64,000 bases of DNA from Pseudomonadota bacterium (GCA_038528605.1 JBCBEP010000001.1:25202-89201), one strand, 5' to 3'; counted from the first letter of the stretch, positions 1 through 9,951 are shown. Numbers and translations are program-made. The notes: a model not told the origin generated them from the letters alone.

Positions 1-1094
1 ACCAGAAAGGTGCTGCAGATCTTATCCGCGCCCGCCTCGGCGCGACGCTGGGCGATGCGCGGCTGGAGGATCTGCTCGTCGAGATCGAGGGTGGCGCAAT
101 TCCCACGCCGATGGTCACCACGGGCGCTGCCGGCGCTGCCGAGGCGCTCTTCGGTATCTCCGGTCTCCTAACGCGCGGCCAGAACCGGATCATCGGCCTC
201 GCCTATGCCCGGCTCGCCACGTATCTCGACCCGGATCTCATCGACGCAAAGATCCTTATGGCGCAGATGCTGGTGCGTGACGCTCAGTACGAGCTCGCAA
301 TCGCCGCCTATGAGAGCATCCCGCGAAACGCGCCGGAGGCGCTGGAGGCGCAGATCGGCCGGGCGAACGCGATCCATGAGGCTGGCCGGGTAGAGCCCGC
401 GGTCATCGCGATGCGCGAGGTCACGGCCCGCTTCCCCCGCTCGGTGGAGGCGCAGCTCGCGCTCGGCGACATCCTCCGCCGGGAGCGCCGCTTTGCCGAG
501 GCCTCCGTGGCCTACGACGCGGCGATCCAGCTTACCGACCCCATCGAACCGCGCCACTGGGTGCTCTTCTACCAGCGCGGCATCACCTATGAGCGGTCGG
601 ACCAGTGGGAGAAGGCCGAGGCTGACTTCCTCCAGGCGCTCGAGATGGAGCCCGATCAGCCGCAGGTGCTGAACTATCTCGGCTATTCGTGGGTCGAGCT
701 CCGCATGAATATCGACCGCGCCAAGGATATGATCGAGACCGCCGTCGCAAAGCGCCCGGACGACGGCTACATCGTCGACAGCCTCGGTTGGGTGCTCTTC
801 CGTCTCGGCGATTTCGACGAAGCCGTGCGCCATCTGGAGCGGGCCGTCGAACTGCGCCCCGTGGATCCTGTGATCAACGATCATTTCGGCGATGCGCTCT
901 GGATGGTCGGCCGGCGCACTGAGGCGCGCTTCCAGTGGCGCCGCGCGCTCAGCTTCGAGCCGGAGGAAGAGGAGGAGGTGCGGATCCGCGCCAAGCTTTC
1001 CCGCGGGCTGGACGACGTGCTCGAGGAAGAGGCTGCCGCCGGCAAGCCCGCCATCATTGGTGGGGACCCCGGCAGCGAAGAGAACCCGGGCTAA
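1..1094 (+). CDS. Tetratricopeptide-repeat protein. The frame is open back to the window start (no stop from nt 3), so it is 5'-partial.
   Basis: 327-aa ORF with repeated TPR-like A/L/Y-rich helical motifs. Lies directly upstream of ispE, as in many alphaproteobacteria. The open frame continues upstream of the listed Met at 111. Confidence 0.7.
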   Translation, partial: QKGAADLIRARLGATLGDARLEDLLVEIEGGAIPTPMVTTGAAGAAEALFGISGLLTRGQNRIIGLAYARLATYLDPDLIDAKILMAQMLVRDAQYELAIAAYESIPRNAPEALEAQIGRANAIHEAGRVEPAVIAMREVTARFPRSVEAQLALGDILRRERRFAEASVAYDAAIQLTDPIEPRHWVLFYQRGITYERSDQWEKAEADFLQALEMEPDQPQVLNYLGYSWVELRMNIDRAKDMIETAVAKRPDDGYIVDSLGWVLFRLGDFDEAVRHLERAVELRPVDPVINDHFGDALWMVGRRTEARFQWRRALSFEPEEEEEVRIRAKLSRGLDDVLEEEAAAGKPAIIGGDPGSEENPG

Positions 1095-1166
1095 CGCCGC
1101 ACCACCTCTCGGGAAAGGCTCACGGCCCGCTGGCATGCGCTTGTGGGCCGCGCTACGAGGCGGGGC

Positions 1167-2078
1167 ATGAACGACACCCCCTCGAACGTCACGCCGTTTC
1201 GCCGGCCCGGCGCCTCGCCCGGCCCAATGGCCGAGGTGGCACCTGCCAAGGTAAACCTCTTCCTGCATCTGCGCGGCCTGCAGGAAGATGGCTACCATCT
1301 GCTCGAAAGCCTCGTCGTCTTCCCCGAGCTCGGCGACAGGCTGGAGTGGGAGCAGGGGCCGGGCCTCTCCCTCAGCATCGACGGCCCTTTCGCCTGGGAC
1401 CTGCCGACCGATGGCGAGAACCTGGTGCTGCGCGCGGCGGAGCGGTTGGCCGAGGCGGCGGGTCTCGCGCGAGCTGGGGCGGCGCTGCGTCTCTCCAAGA
1501 ACCTTCCCGTCGCGTCGGGCATCGGCGGTGGCTCGGCAGATGCGGCGGCGGCGCTGCGGCTCCTCGCCCGCGCCTGGGGCGTGCCCGTGCCGGATGACCT
1601 GGCCCTGGCGCTGGGGGCGGATGTGCCGGCATGCCTGCGCGCGCCCGAACCGATGATCATGGAGGGGATCGGGGAGCGGCTTCGGCCTGCGCCGGCGCTC
1701 CCGCCCCTCTGGATCGTGCTGGTGAACCCGCTCAAGCCAGTCGAAACCCGCGCCGTCTTCCGCGAGACGACCGATAAGGAGGGGGCGCCGACACCGCCGA
1801 TGCCGTCTACCGGCATCGAGGATGTAGAGGCGTGCCTGGGGTGGCTTCGCGCCGCGCGGAACGACCTTGAGCCTGCTGCGCGGCGCCTGTGCCCTGCCAT
1901 CGGTGAGGTGCTCGACGCTCTGTCGGGCGCGCCGCTCGCCCGCATGTCCGGCTCGGGCGCCACCTGCTTCGCGCTCTACCCCGCGCGCGAGCCGGCGCTC
2001 GGCCTCGCTGATACGCTCCGCCGGGAGCGTCCGGAATGGTGGTGTGCTGCCGCTCCGCTATCGTCCAGCCGGGGCTGA
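1167..2078 (+). CDS. ispE: 4-diphosphocytidyl-2-C-methyl-D-erythritol kinase
   Basis: N-terminal APAKVNLFLHL motif and a GHMP-kinase glycine motif (PVASGIGGGSADAAAAL). ATG at 1167 is preceded by GAGGCGGGG. Alternative starts are GTG 1143 and ATG 1227. Confidence 0.9.
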   Translation: MNDTPSNVTPFRRPGASPGPMAEVAPAKVNLFLHLRGLQEDGYHLLESLVVFPELGDRLEWEQGPGLSLSIDGPFAWDLPTDGENLVLRAAERLAEAAGLARAGAALRLSKNLPVASGIGGGSADAAAALRLLARAWGVPVPDDLALALGADVPACLRAPEPMIMEGIGERLRPAPALPPLWIVLVNPLKPVETRAVFRETTDKEGAPTPPMPSTGIEDVEACLGWLRAARNDLEPAARRLCPAIGEVLDALSGAPLARMSGSGATCFALYPAREPALGLADTLRRERPEWWCAAAPLSSSRG

Positions 2079-2091
2079 GGCCCTCAGGCGG

Positions 2092-3138
2092 TCAGGCCTC
2101 GCGGCTCACCACGAACTCGGCTACATCCTCCAGCGCCTGTCGCATCGGCGAAGGCGGGAAGGCGGCGAGGGCGGCAATGGCGCGGTCCGCCTCCGCCCGT
2201 GCGGCCATGCGGGTGGCTTCCAGCGCGCCGGTGCCGGCCACGAGCGCCATGGCCCTGTCGAGATCTGCCGGTTCCTGCTGTCCGTCGCCGATGGTCCGCT
2301 GCCAGAAGGCGCGCTCCTCGGCGCTGCCTGCCGCCATCGCCTCGATCACGGGCATCGTTACCTTGCCCTCTCGGAAGTCGTCGCCCGTGTTCTTCCCGAG
2401 CGCCGCCGCGCTGCCCGCATAGTCGAGCCAGTCATCGGCAAGCTGGAATGCGATGCCGAGGGCGTCTCCATAGGTTGCCAGCGCTTCGACCTGCCGCTCC
2501 TCCGCACCCGCAATCACCGCTCCGGCCTCCGCCGCCGCCGCGAAGAGCGCGGCAGTCTTGCCGCGGATCACCTGGAAGTAGCGGGCGCGATCGGTGTTGA
2601 GGTCGTGCGCGGTGGAGAGCTGCAGCACCTCGCCCTCCGCGATTACGGCCGCCGCGTTCGAGAGGATGTCGAGCACCCTCAGCGAGCCGGGCTCGACCAT
2701 CAGCCGGAAGGCGCGGGCAAAGAGATAGTCGCCCACCAACACGGAAGACTTGTTGTCCCACAGGATGTTGGCGGTCGCGCGCCCGCGCCGGCGCTTGCTC
2801 TCGTCCACCACATCGTCGTGCAGCAGCGTCGCCGTGTGAATGAACTCCACCGTGGCGGCGAGCTTCACATGATCCCGCCCCTGATAGCCGCAGAGCCCGG
2901 CTGCTGCGAGCGTGAGGATGGGGCGCAGGCGTTTGCCGCCGGCCTCGATCAGATGCGCGGAGATTTCGGGGATGCGGGGCGCATGCTCGGAGTTCATCCG
3001 CTCGCGGATCAGCACGCTCACCGCGTCGAGATCGTCAGCCACCAGCGCCGTCAGCCGCCCGAACGCCCCTGCCCCAGCGTCGCCTGTAGCGCCGGCTTCC
3101 GGCAGCTTCTCGGCGCTTTTGGGCTGGGCGAGGGTCAT
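2092..3138 (-). CDS. ispB: Polyprenyl (octa/deca-prenyl) diphosphate synthase
   Basis: Carries both aspartate-rich motifs (LLHDDVVDES..RRG and FQLADDWLD). Trans-IPPS family. Has an AAGGA Shine-Dalgarno. Confidence 0.85.
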   Translation of the reverse strand: MTLAQPKSAEKLPEAGATGDAGAGAFGRLTALVADDLDAVSVLIRERMNSEHAPRIPEISAHLIEAGGKRLRPILTLAAAGLCGYQGRDHVKLAATVEFIHTATLLHDDVVDESKRRRGRATANILWDNKSSVLVGDYLFARAFRLMVEPGSLRVLDILSNAAAVIAEGEVLQLSTAHDLNTDRARYFQVIRGKTAALFAAAAEAGAVIAGAEERQVEALATYGDALGIAFQLADDWLDYAGSAAALGKNTGDDFREGKVTMPVIEAMAAGSAEERAFWQRTIGDGQQEPADLDRAMALVAGTGALEATRMAARAEADRAIAALAAFPPSPMRQALEDVAEFVVSREA

Positions 3139-3224
3139 ACGGCGGCATCCTTCGGCGCGGCCTCACGGGCCCCGCGCGAAGGGGCCTCGACGGAGGCTGG
3201 GAATGTGTTCTAGGGCTCTCGATC

Positions 3225-3491
3225 ATGGAAGAGCTGCTGCGGACCACAGATCCAGCCACCGTTCCCTTCGTCGAGGCGCTCCTCTCCGGCGAGGATATAG
3301 ACTGCGTGGTATTCGACAGCAACATGAGCATCGTGGAGGGCTCGATCGGTGCGTTCCCACGCCGCATCATGGTGTGGCGGAAGGATCTCTACCGCGCGCG
3401 GATCGTGCTCATCGACAACGGTATCGAGCCGACAGGGGGGGCCGGGGACCGGGGCGGGCCCTCTGGCAGAGCCACCGACGGCGATCGCTGA
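3225..3491 (+). CDS. DUF2007-like small putative signal-transducing protein
   Basis: 88 aa. Conserved small protein often paired with the downstream methyltransferase in alphaproteobacteria. Confidence 0.6.
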   Translation: MEELLRTTDPATVPFVEALLSGEDIDCVVFDSNMSIVEGSIGAFPRRIMVWRKDLYRARIVLIDNGIEPTGGAGDRGGPSGRATDGDR

Positions 3492-3510
3492 CGGGTCTTC
3501 GGGGAGCGCC

Positions 3511-4326
3511 ATGGCCACCGGAGAGGGTCCCGAGGCGGCGAGACGGGCCGCAGAGGCGGCGCTGGGGGCCTTGAGCGAGGATAGGCTCCTCGGCGGGCGG
3601 GTGCGGCTCCTGCAGCCCAAAGCCGGCTACCGCGCGGCGACCGACCCGGTGCTTCTGGCCGCTGCCGTGGCGGCGAAGGTCGGGGAGACTGTGCTCGAGC
3701 TGGGGATCGGCGCTGGCGCCGCGAGCCTCTGCCTGGCCGCCCGGGTGCCGGGCCTTCAGCTCACAGGTCTTGAGATCGAGCCTGGCTATGCGGCGCTCTC
3801 CCGGGCGAACGCTGCGGCGGCAGGGGTAGCGCTCGAGGTGATCGAGGGGGATGTGGCGGCCATGCCCGCCGGGCTCCGTGCGCGGCGCTTCGACCATGTG
3901 ATCTTCAATCCGCCCTATCACGCCCACGGCCCAGCGAGCCCCATCCCGGTGCGGGACCGGGCGCATCGGGAGGCGGCAGAGGGCGCGGGCCTCACCGCCT
4001 GGCTCGTAGCAGCGCTCAAGCGGGCGCGGCCCCGCGGCCGGATCACGCTCATTCACCGGGCAGAGCGCCTGCCGGAGATCCTCGCCGCGCTGCACGGGCC
4101 GGCGGGGGGGATCCGCGCCCTGCCGCTCACGGCGCGGGCGGGTCGGCCTGCGGGCCGGGTCATCGTGACCGCGCGCACGCAGGTTGCCACACCCTTTGCG
4201 CTGCTGGCGCCTCTTGTCCTCCATGCGGGTGCCGTCCATGTTCTCGACGGTGATGACTTCACGCCCGAAGCCCGCGCTATTCTGCGCGACGGCAGCGCCC
4301 TGACGCTCAGCGAGGACCGCCCATGA
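3511..4326 (+). CDS. SAM-dependent methyltransferase, small-domain type. tRNA1(Val) m6A37 MTase YfiC-like.
   Basis: Has LELGIGAGAASL (motif I) and FDHVIFNPPY (the N6-adenine/N-methylase NPPY motif). Start chosen as MATGEG, after the DUF2007 stop. Confidence 0.75.
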   Translation: MATGEGPEAARRAAEAALGALSEDRLLGGRVRLLQPKAGYRAATDPVLLAAAVAAKVGETVLELGIGAGAASLCLAARVPGLQLTGLEIEPGYAALSRANAAAAGVALEVIEGDVAAMPAGLRARRFDHVIFNPPYHAHGPASPIPVRDRAHREAAEGAGLTAWLVAALKRARPRGRITLIHRAERLPEILAALHGPAGGIRALPLTARAGRPAGRVIVTARTQVATPFALLAPLVLHAGAVHVLDGDDFTPEARAILRDGSALTLSEDRP

Positions 4327-5519
4327 ACGCCCCGACCGTGCCGGTTGCCAACGCCATCGCAGCGATGGCGGACGAGCTTGCCGAATGGCGCCAGGACCTG
4401 CACCGCCACCCTGAGCTTGGGTATGAGGAGCATCGGACCGCTGAGGTGGTGGCCGAGCGTCTGCGCGCCTTCGGCTTCGACGCGGTGGAGACGGGGCTGG
4501 GCGGTACTGGCCTCGTCGGTGTGCTGCACGGCCGCTCTGGCCCCAAGGGCGAGAACGGCCCCGCGATCATGCTGCGCGCGGATATGGACGCGCTGCCGAT
4601 CGAGGAGACCTCGGGCGTGCCCTACGCCTCCGAGACGCCCGGCAAAATGCACGCCTGCGGGCATGACGGGCATACGACGATGCTGCTCGGCGCCGCGAAG
4701 CGGCTGGCGGAGACGCGGAACTTCGAAGGCACCGTCTATTTCTGCTTCCAGCCTGCCGAGGAAGGGGGGGCGGGCGCCGAGGCGATGATCAAGGACGGGC
4801 TTTTCGAGCGCTTCCCGGTCTCCCGCGTCTTCGGCATGCATAATTGGCCGGGCCTGCCGGCGGGCCACTTCGCGCTGCAGGAGGGCCCTGTGTTCGCGGC
4901 GGCGGACGAGTTCAACATCACCATCCGCGCGGCAGGCGGGCACGCGGCCTTCCCAAGCTCGACCCGTGACCCCATCGTGGCCGGCGCGGCAATGGTCCAG
5001 GCGCTGCAGTCCATCGTCAGCCGCGCGATCCCGCCGCTGGAGCCCGCCGTGATCAGCGTCACGAAGTTCACCGCCGGCCAGACGCATAACGTGATCCCCG
5101 ACCGGGCGGAGCTTTCCGGGACCACCCGCTGCTTCAGCGACGAGGTGCAGGGGATCATCGTGGCCGAGATGGACCGGATCTGCGCCCAGATCGGCGAGGC
5201 TTTCGGGGTGCAGGTCAGCCTCTCACGCGGTGCCTCGCCCTATCCCGCCACGGTGAACGATCTGGCGGCGACGGATTTCACCGAGGCGGCGATGCGGGAC
5301 ATCTTCGGGGACGCCACCATTACCCGCGGCCATCCGCCCACCATGGGCGGCGAGGACTTCGCCTTCATGGCCCGCGAGGTGCCCGGCTGCTACGTGCTGA
5401 TCGGCAATGGCGACAGCAAGCCGCTTCACCACCCTGGTTACGACTTCGACGACAGCGCGCTGCCCGCAGGCGTCGCCTTCTGGTCGGGTCTCGTGGAGCG
5501 TGCGCTGCCCGGCGGTTGA
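4323..5519 (+). CDS. M20/M40 family amidohydrolase (hippurate hydrolase / N-acyl-amino-acid amidohydrolase-like)
   Basis: MHACGHDGH metal-binding motif with ILM3-family architecture. GAGGA Shine-Dalgarno. The start overlaps the previous stop. Confidence 0.85.
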   Translation: MNAPTVPVANAIAAMADELAEWRQDLHRHPELGYEEHRTAEVVAERLRAFGFDAVETGLGGTGLVGVLHGRSGPKGENGPAIMLRADMDALPIEETSGVPYASETPGKMHACGHDGHTTMLLGAAKRLAETRNFEGTVYFCFQPAEEGGAGAEAMIKDGLFERFPVSRVFGMHNWPGLPAGHFALQEGPVFAAADEFNITIRAAGGHAAFPSSTRDPIVAGAAMVQALQSIVSRAIPPLEPAVISVTKFTAGQTHNVIPDRAELSGTTRCFSDEVQGIIVAEMDRICAQIGEAFGVQVSLSRGASPYPATVNDLAATDFTEAAMRDIFGDATITRGHPPTMGGEDFAFMAREVPGCYVLIGNGDSKPLHHPGYDFDDSALPAGVAFWSGLVERALPGG

Positions 5520-5713
5520 ACGTACCCAGCTTCATATCCGTAAGGGTTGCGCGCTTTTGAGCCGTATCGGACTGAGTCTTCCACAGCAGGCTGTGGAGAA
5601 CGCGTAGTTTCTGTGGGTAACCTGAGAGCCTGCAACGGTTTTTAACAAAGGCGTGACAGTTCTGCGGCCTCCTGCTTCACTACCGGTATGGATCGTGCAA
5701 CAGGAGGATGCCC

Positions 5714-5884
5714 ATGTCTCTGAGCTCGCGGATCACCCAACTTCGCCGCAAGCACGAAGCCCTTTCCCAGCGGATCGAGATCGAACAGCGGCAACCCGCT
5801 TCCGATGCGCTGGCGATCAAGACGCTCAAGCGACGAAAGCTGGAGCTCAAGGACGAGATCACGCGCCTCTCTACGCCTCACTAA
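5714..5884 (+). CDS. DUF465 (YdcH-like) small coiled-coil protein, 56 aa. Below the 60-aa ORF-track cut-off.
   Basis: Translation is MSLSSRITQLRRKHEALSQRIEIEQRQPASDALAIKTLKRRKLELKDEITRLSTPH. AGGAGGA lies 7 nt upstream and a TAA stop at 5882-5884. An intrinsic terminator follows immediately. Confidence 0.6.
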   Translation: MSLSSRITQLRRKHEALSQRIEIEQRQPASDALAIKTLKRRKLELKDEITRLSTPH

Positions 5885-5891
5885 GATGTTA

Positions 5892-5915
5892 GCCCGCGCC
5901 TCGGCGCGGGCTTTT
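5892..5915 (+). terminator. Rho-independent terminator (GCCCGCGC-CTCG-GCGCGGGC followed by TTTT)
   Basis: 8-bp GC stem, 4-nt loop and a T4 tract, 8 nt after the DUF465 stop. Confidence 0.6.
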
Positions 5916-5988
5916 AACTTCGCCTTGATGCAGGCGCGCCCTATCCTCCGCCGCGAACCAATGGGTTCGCATCCTCGGAGGAAAATCC

Positions 5989-6453
5989 ATGATCCCTTCC
6001 CGTCTCTTCCGCCCGGCCGTCGCTGCCGCGGCTCTTGCTGTGTGCGTTGCTGCCGGCCCTGCCGCGGCCGGCATGATCATCGTGTCGAGCCCGCACGGGG
6101 TGAGCGAGACCATCGACCGTCTGGCCGCCGCCATCGAGAAGGCCGGCGCGAAGGTCTTCGCCCGGGTCGATCACGGTGCGGGTGCCGAGAGCGTCGGCCA
6201 GCCCATCGGCGCGAGCCAGCTCCTGATCTTCGGTAACCCCAAGCTGGGCACGCCGATCATGGCCGCGGCGCCGACCGCCGGGCTCGACCTGCCGCTGCGC
6301 GTGCTGGCCTATGAAGGGCCGGACGGGACGGTGATGGTCTATCACGACCCTGTCGACCTTGCCGCTGCCCATGGCGTGCCGGCAGACCATCCGGTTATCG
6401 GCAAGATGACCGGCGCGCTCGGCAAGCTCACCGGCGCCGCCGCGGCGGAGTGA
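5989..6453 (+). CDS. DUF302 domain protein with an N-terminal signal peptide
   Basis: Signal peptide MIPSRLFRPAVAAAALAVCVAAGPAAA, then a DUF302 core. GGAGGA Shine-Dalgarno. Confidence 0.75.
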   Translation: MIPSRLFRPAVAAAALAVCVAAGPAAAGMIIVSSPHGVSETIDRLAAAIEKAGAKVFARVDHGAGAESVGQPIGASQLLIFGNPKLGTPIMAAAPTAGLDLPLRVLAYEGPDGTVMVYHDPVDLAAAHGVPADHPVIGKMTGALGKLTGAAAAE

Positions 6454-6471
6454 CCGCCTTGCCGGGGCGGT

Positions 6472-7227
6472 TCAGGCCGCCTCGGCCCGCGCCTTCGCCT
6501 GGCGCCAGAAGGCCGTGGCCCAGCGGGCAAAGGCCCGCGCATCGGGGGTGAGCGCTGCGTCACGGCCGGTCGCTTCACGGGCCGCCTCCGCCACAGCCGC
6601 CGGCGCCCGCCCGTCAGCGCCAAGGATTTCGGCGAGGTCCGAGGTGTAGTCCGGCGCGCATTCGGGGTGGGGCTGAATGGTCACCGCGTCCGGCGCCTCC
6701 GCATTCCCGTAGGCCAGCATCGCGAAGGGGCAGTGCGCGCTCTCGGCCAGCACCGTGGCGTCATCCGGTAGGCCCACCACCTGATCCTGATGGATCGCGT
6801 TGAGCGCGATCGTCTCCGGCGCGTCGGCCATCCAGCTAGGCCGCTCAGTGACGCGGTAGTCGCTGAGCCCGAGGCCCCAGCCACGGTCGGACTTCACGGC
6901 CCGCCCGCCAAAAGCCTCCGCCACGATCTGATGGCCGAAACAGATGCCGAGGATGGGCCGCCCAGCCGTCCGCGCCTCCAGGAGAAAATCCTTCAGCCGG
7001 TCGATCCAGGGCAGATCGTCATAAACCCCGTGGCGCGAGCCGGTGACGAGCCAGCCATCCGCCGCTTCGGCCGAGGGCGGGAAGTCGCCGTCCACCACCG
7101 CCCAGGTCTCGAAGGTGAAATCCGGCGCGGCTTCCTCGAAGAGCGCCACCATCATCGGCGGATACTCGCCATAGCTGTCGCGCAGCTTGTCGTTCACCTT
7201 GCCGGTCTGCAGCACGCCGATGCGCAT
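6472..7227 (-). CDS. Class-I glutamine amidotransferase-like protein (GATase1 / GMP-synthase-like)
   Basis: GICFGHQ catalytic Cys motif, with a His/Glu dyad region downstream. GGAGGG Shine-Dalgarno. Confidence 0.8.
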   Translation of the reverse strand: MRIGVLQTGKVNDKLRDSYGEYPPMMVALFEEAAPDFTFETWAVVDGDFPPSAEAADGWLVTGSRHGVYDDLPWIDRLKDFLLEARTAGRPILGICFGHQIVAEAFGGRAVKSDRGWGLGLSDYRVTERPSWMADAPETIALNAIHQDQVVGLPDDATVLAESAHCPFAMLAYGNAEAPDAVTIQPHPECAPDYTSDLAEILGADGRAPAAVAEAAREATGRDAALTPDARAFARWATAFWRQAKARAEAA

Positions 7228-7285
7228 CTTGTCCCTCCATGGTCGACACGCTGAAATAGAGCGGCGCTGCGGCGAGAAAAAGGGT

Positions 7286-8227
7286 TCAGGCGGCGAGCGG
7301 GTGCAGCGTGATCCGCTGGCGGAGCGCCTCCACCGCCGTCACTTCCTCCCGCAGCCAGGCGAGGAAGGTGGCGACGCGCCGGTCCTTCTCCATGCCCTTC
7401 TTGCAGACGAAGCAGAACTGTCCGCCGAGGCTGAGGCCGAGGGGGAGAGGCACGACCAGCCGGCCTGCGGTAATGTCCCGCTCCGCAAGGCTGCCGCGGG
7501 CAAGGGCCACGCCGCCGCCTTCCATCGCGCCGTCGATCGCATGGTCCGCGTTCGAGAAGCGGGGGCCGCGGCGGGCTTCCGGCGCATGGCCGAGTCCCGC
7601 GGCATCGAACCAGGCGGTCCAGTCGAGTTCGGGCATCAGGAACTTGATGCTGTCGTCGTGGAAGAGCGGGACGCGGAGGAAGTCCTCCGGCGCCTTAAGC
7701 CCCTCCGCCACCTCCGGCGCAGCGACGGGCACAACGAATTCATGACACAGCGTCTCGCTGTAGAAATCCGCGGGCTGGCTGAGGATGAAGCGGATGGCCA
7801 CGTCTACCCCGTCCCGGTCGAAATCCAGCGTGCGGAGCGAGGCGATGAAGCGAAGCTCGATATCGGGGTGCGCGCTGGCGAAGCGGAAGAAGCGGGGGGC
7901 GAGCCACTTGGCCGTGAAGGCGGGGCCGGCGGTGACGCTGAGGGCTGTCCCCTCCTTCATGCGCTCGACGGCACGTACGCCCTCCGCCAGCGCGGCGAAG
8001 CCGTTGGCGGCGTGGGGCGCGAGGGCGCGGCCTGCCTCCGTCAGCTCCACAGCGCGGTTCAGCCGGCGGAAGAGCTCGATATCGAGATGCTCCTCCAGGC
8101 TCTTGATCTGGTAGCTGAGGGCAGCGGGCGTGACATGCAGCTCCTCAGCCGCTTTCGCGAAGCTCATATGCCGGGCGGCCGCCTCGAAGGCGCGCAGCGC
8201 TGTCAGCGGCGGCAGGCGGGTATGCAC
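7286..8227 (-). CDS. LysR-family transcriptional regulator (GcvA-like)
   Basis: N-terminal helix-turn-helix (LRAFEAAARHMSFAKAAEELHVTPAALSYQIKSLE). AAGGAG Shine-Dalgarno. Divergent from a small ORF and the GT-UXS pair. Confidence 0.9.
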   Translation of the reverse strand: MHTRLPPLTALRAFEAAARHMSFAKAAEELHVTPAALSYQIKSLEEHLDIELFRRLNRAVELTEAGRALAPHAANGFAALAEGVRAVERMKEGTALSVTAGPAFTAKWLAPRFFRFASAHPDIELRFIASLRTLDFDRDGVDVAIRFILSQPADFYSETLCHEFVVPVAAPEVAEGLKAPEDFLRVPLFHDDSIKFLMPELDWTAWFDAAGLGHAPEARRGPRFSNADHAIDGAMEGGGVALARGSLAERDITAGRLVVPLPLGLSLGGQFCFVCKKGMEKDRRVATFLAWLREEVTAVEALRQRITLHPLAA

Positions 8228-8339
8228 GCTTAAAATCTCCTTATGTGACCTCGCAGGATTACTCGTTTGTCGGCGAGAAGCTCAAGCCCCATCTTCGCTC
8301 TCAACGGGAGACGCGCTCCCGAGGTGAAAGGAGACTGAC

Positions 8340-8504
8340 ATGAACGAGTCGCTTCAGACCCAGTATCAGCCGTACTTCAAGCGCGCCCATGAGCTGCGCG
8401 CCGAAGAGACCCGCCGCCTTGCCCTCGTGGTGTGGAACGGCCTGCGCCGCGTGGCGCATAGCTTCGTGAAGCTTTATCAGGAACCGCGTCGCCGCGTGGC
8501 CTGA
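8340..8504 (+). CDS. Hypothetical small basic protein, 54 aa. Below the ORF-track cut-off.
   Basis: ATG has AGGAG 7 nt upstream. High GC3. Divergent from the LysR gene. Followed by a 10-bp-stem hairpin at 8521..8553. No recognisable family. Confidence 0.3.
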   Translation: MNESLQTQYQPYFKRAHELRAEETRRLALVVWNGLRRVAHSFVKLYQEPRRRVA

Positions 8505-8598
8505 ATGCGCTGACACTGCGGGGTGCGGATATCGATTGAGGTGATCCGCACCCTCGTATAGCGTCCCGCCAAGGGCTGACTGTCGGGGGGCTAGGCCG

Positions 8599-9951
8599 TT
8601 GACCGAGACTTCCAGCGCGGCTGCGCGTCCGCGTGTCCTCGCCATCGCCGAAGCTGCAAATCCCGAGTTTGTCTCCGTACCCCTTGAGGGCTGGTCGCAC
8701 GCAACGGCTTTGCGCGCCTTCGCCGATGTCCACATCGTCACCCAGATCCGCAACCGAGACGCGTTTCTGCGCGCCGGCATGGTGGAGGGCGAGGACTTCA
8801 CGGCGATCGACAGCGAAGCTGTTGCGCGGCCGATGGTTCGGATTGCGGAACGCCTGCGCGGGGGTAGCGGAAAGGGCTGGACAACGGTCCAGGCCTTCCA
8901 GTCGCTCGCCTATCCCTATTTCGAGCATCTCGTCTGGCGCCGGTTCGGCGAGGACCTGAAGGCGGGGCGCTTCGACCTCGTTCACCGCATCACCCCGCTC
9001 TCACCAATCCAGCCGAGCCTGCTGGCCGGGCGCTGCCGCCGCATTGGCGTGCCCTTCGTGCTCGGCCCGCTAAACGGGGGGGTGCCTTGGCCCGCGGGGT
9101 TTGACGGCGCCCGCCGGGCGGAGCGGGAGTGGCTGAGTTATCTCCGCGGCCTCTACCGGCTGATCCCGGGCCGGCACGCGACCTATCGCAATGCTGCCGC
9201 GATCATCGCAGGCTCCCGCCACACCGAAACTGAGATCCCCGCGGATTGCCGGGACAAGACTGTCTATATCCCCGAGAACGGCATCCTTCCCGAGCGCTTC
9301 TCCCTGCCGCAGCGTCCTCAACCGGGCACGCCGCCGCGGGCCAGCTTCGTCGGCCGGCTTGTGCCATACAAGGGCTGCGACATGCTGATCGAGGCGGCGG
9401 CGCCGCTGCTTGCAGAGGGCCGGCTTGCGCTCGACATCGTGGGGGATGGGCCCGAGATGCCGGCACTCCGAGCTCAGTGCGAGGCGCTGGGGGTCACGGA
9501 AGCGGTCGTCTTCCACGGCTGGCTGCCCCATGAAGAGGTGCAGCGCGTGCTCGTCGGATCCGATCTCTACGCTTTTCCCTCCATCCGCGAATTCGGGGGT
9601 GCCGTCGTCCTGGAGGCTATGGCGCTCGGCGTCGCCCCGCTGATCGTGGACTATGGTGGGCCGGCGGAGCATGTGACGCCGGAGACTGGCTTCAAGGTGC
9701 CGATAGGGTCCCGCGAGGCCATCGTGGCCGCCATGGGCGCGAAGCTTGCCGAGTTGATCGCCGATCCGGACCAGTTGCTCGCCATCGGCGCCGCCGCACA
9801 GGCGCGGACGCGTGAGAAATATACCTGGGCCCGGAAGGCGGCGATGACCGCCGAGGTCTACGCCAAGGTATTGGGGCGCCGGGCCGGCTGGCCACGCTTC
9901 TTTCCCGAGCATCAGGAAGAGGGGGCGTTGGCGCGCGCCACTGCCGCCTGA
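8599..9951 (+). CDS. Glycosyltransferase family 4 (GT-B, group-1 glycosyltransferase)
   Basis: C-terminal GT1 core (AFPSIREFGGAVVLEAMALGVAPLIVDYGGPAEHV) with an E-X7-E-like motif. TTG start as in the track, so the start is uncertain. Confidence 0.8.
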   Translation: MTETSSAAARPRVLAIAEAANPEFVSVPLEGWSHATALRAFADVHIVTQIRNRDAFLRAGMVEGEDFTAIDSEAVARPMVRIAERLRGGSGKGWTTVQAFQSLAYPYFEHLVWRRFGEDLKAGRFDLVHRITPLSPIQPSLLAGRCRRIGVPFVLGPLNGGVPWPAGFDGARRAEREWLSYLRGLYRLIPGRHATYRNAAAIIAGSRHTETEIPADCRDKTVYIPENGILPERFSLPQRPQPGTPPRASFVGRLVPYKGCDMLIEAAAPLLAEGRLALDIVGDGPEMPALRAQCEALGVTEAVVFHGWLPHEEVQRVLVGSDLYAFPSIREFGGAVVLEAMALGVAPLIVDYGGPAEHVTPETGFKVPIGSREAIVAAMGAKLAELIADPDQLLAIGAAAQARTREKYTWARKAAMTAEVYAKVLGRRAGWPRFFPEHQEEGALARATAA

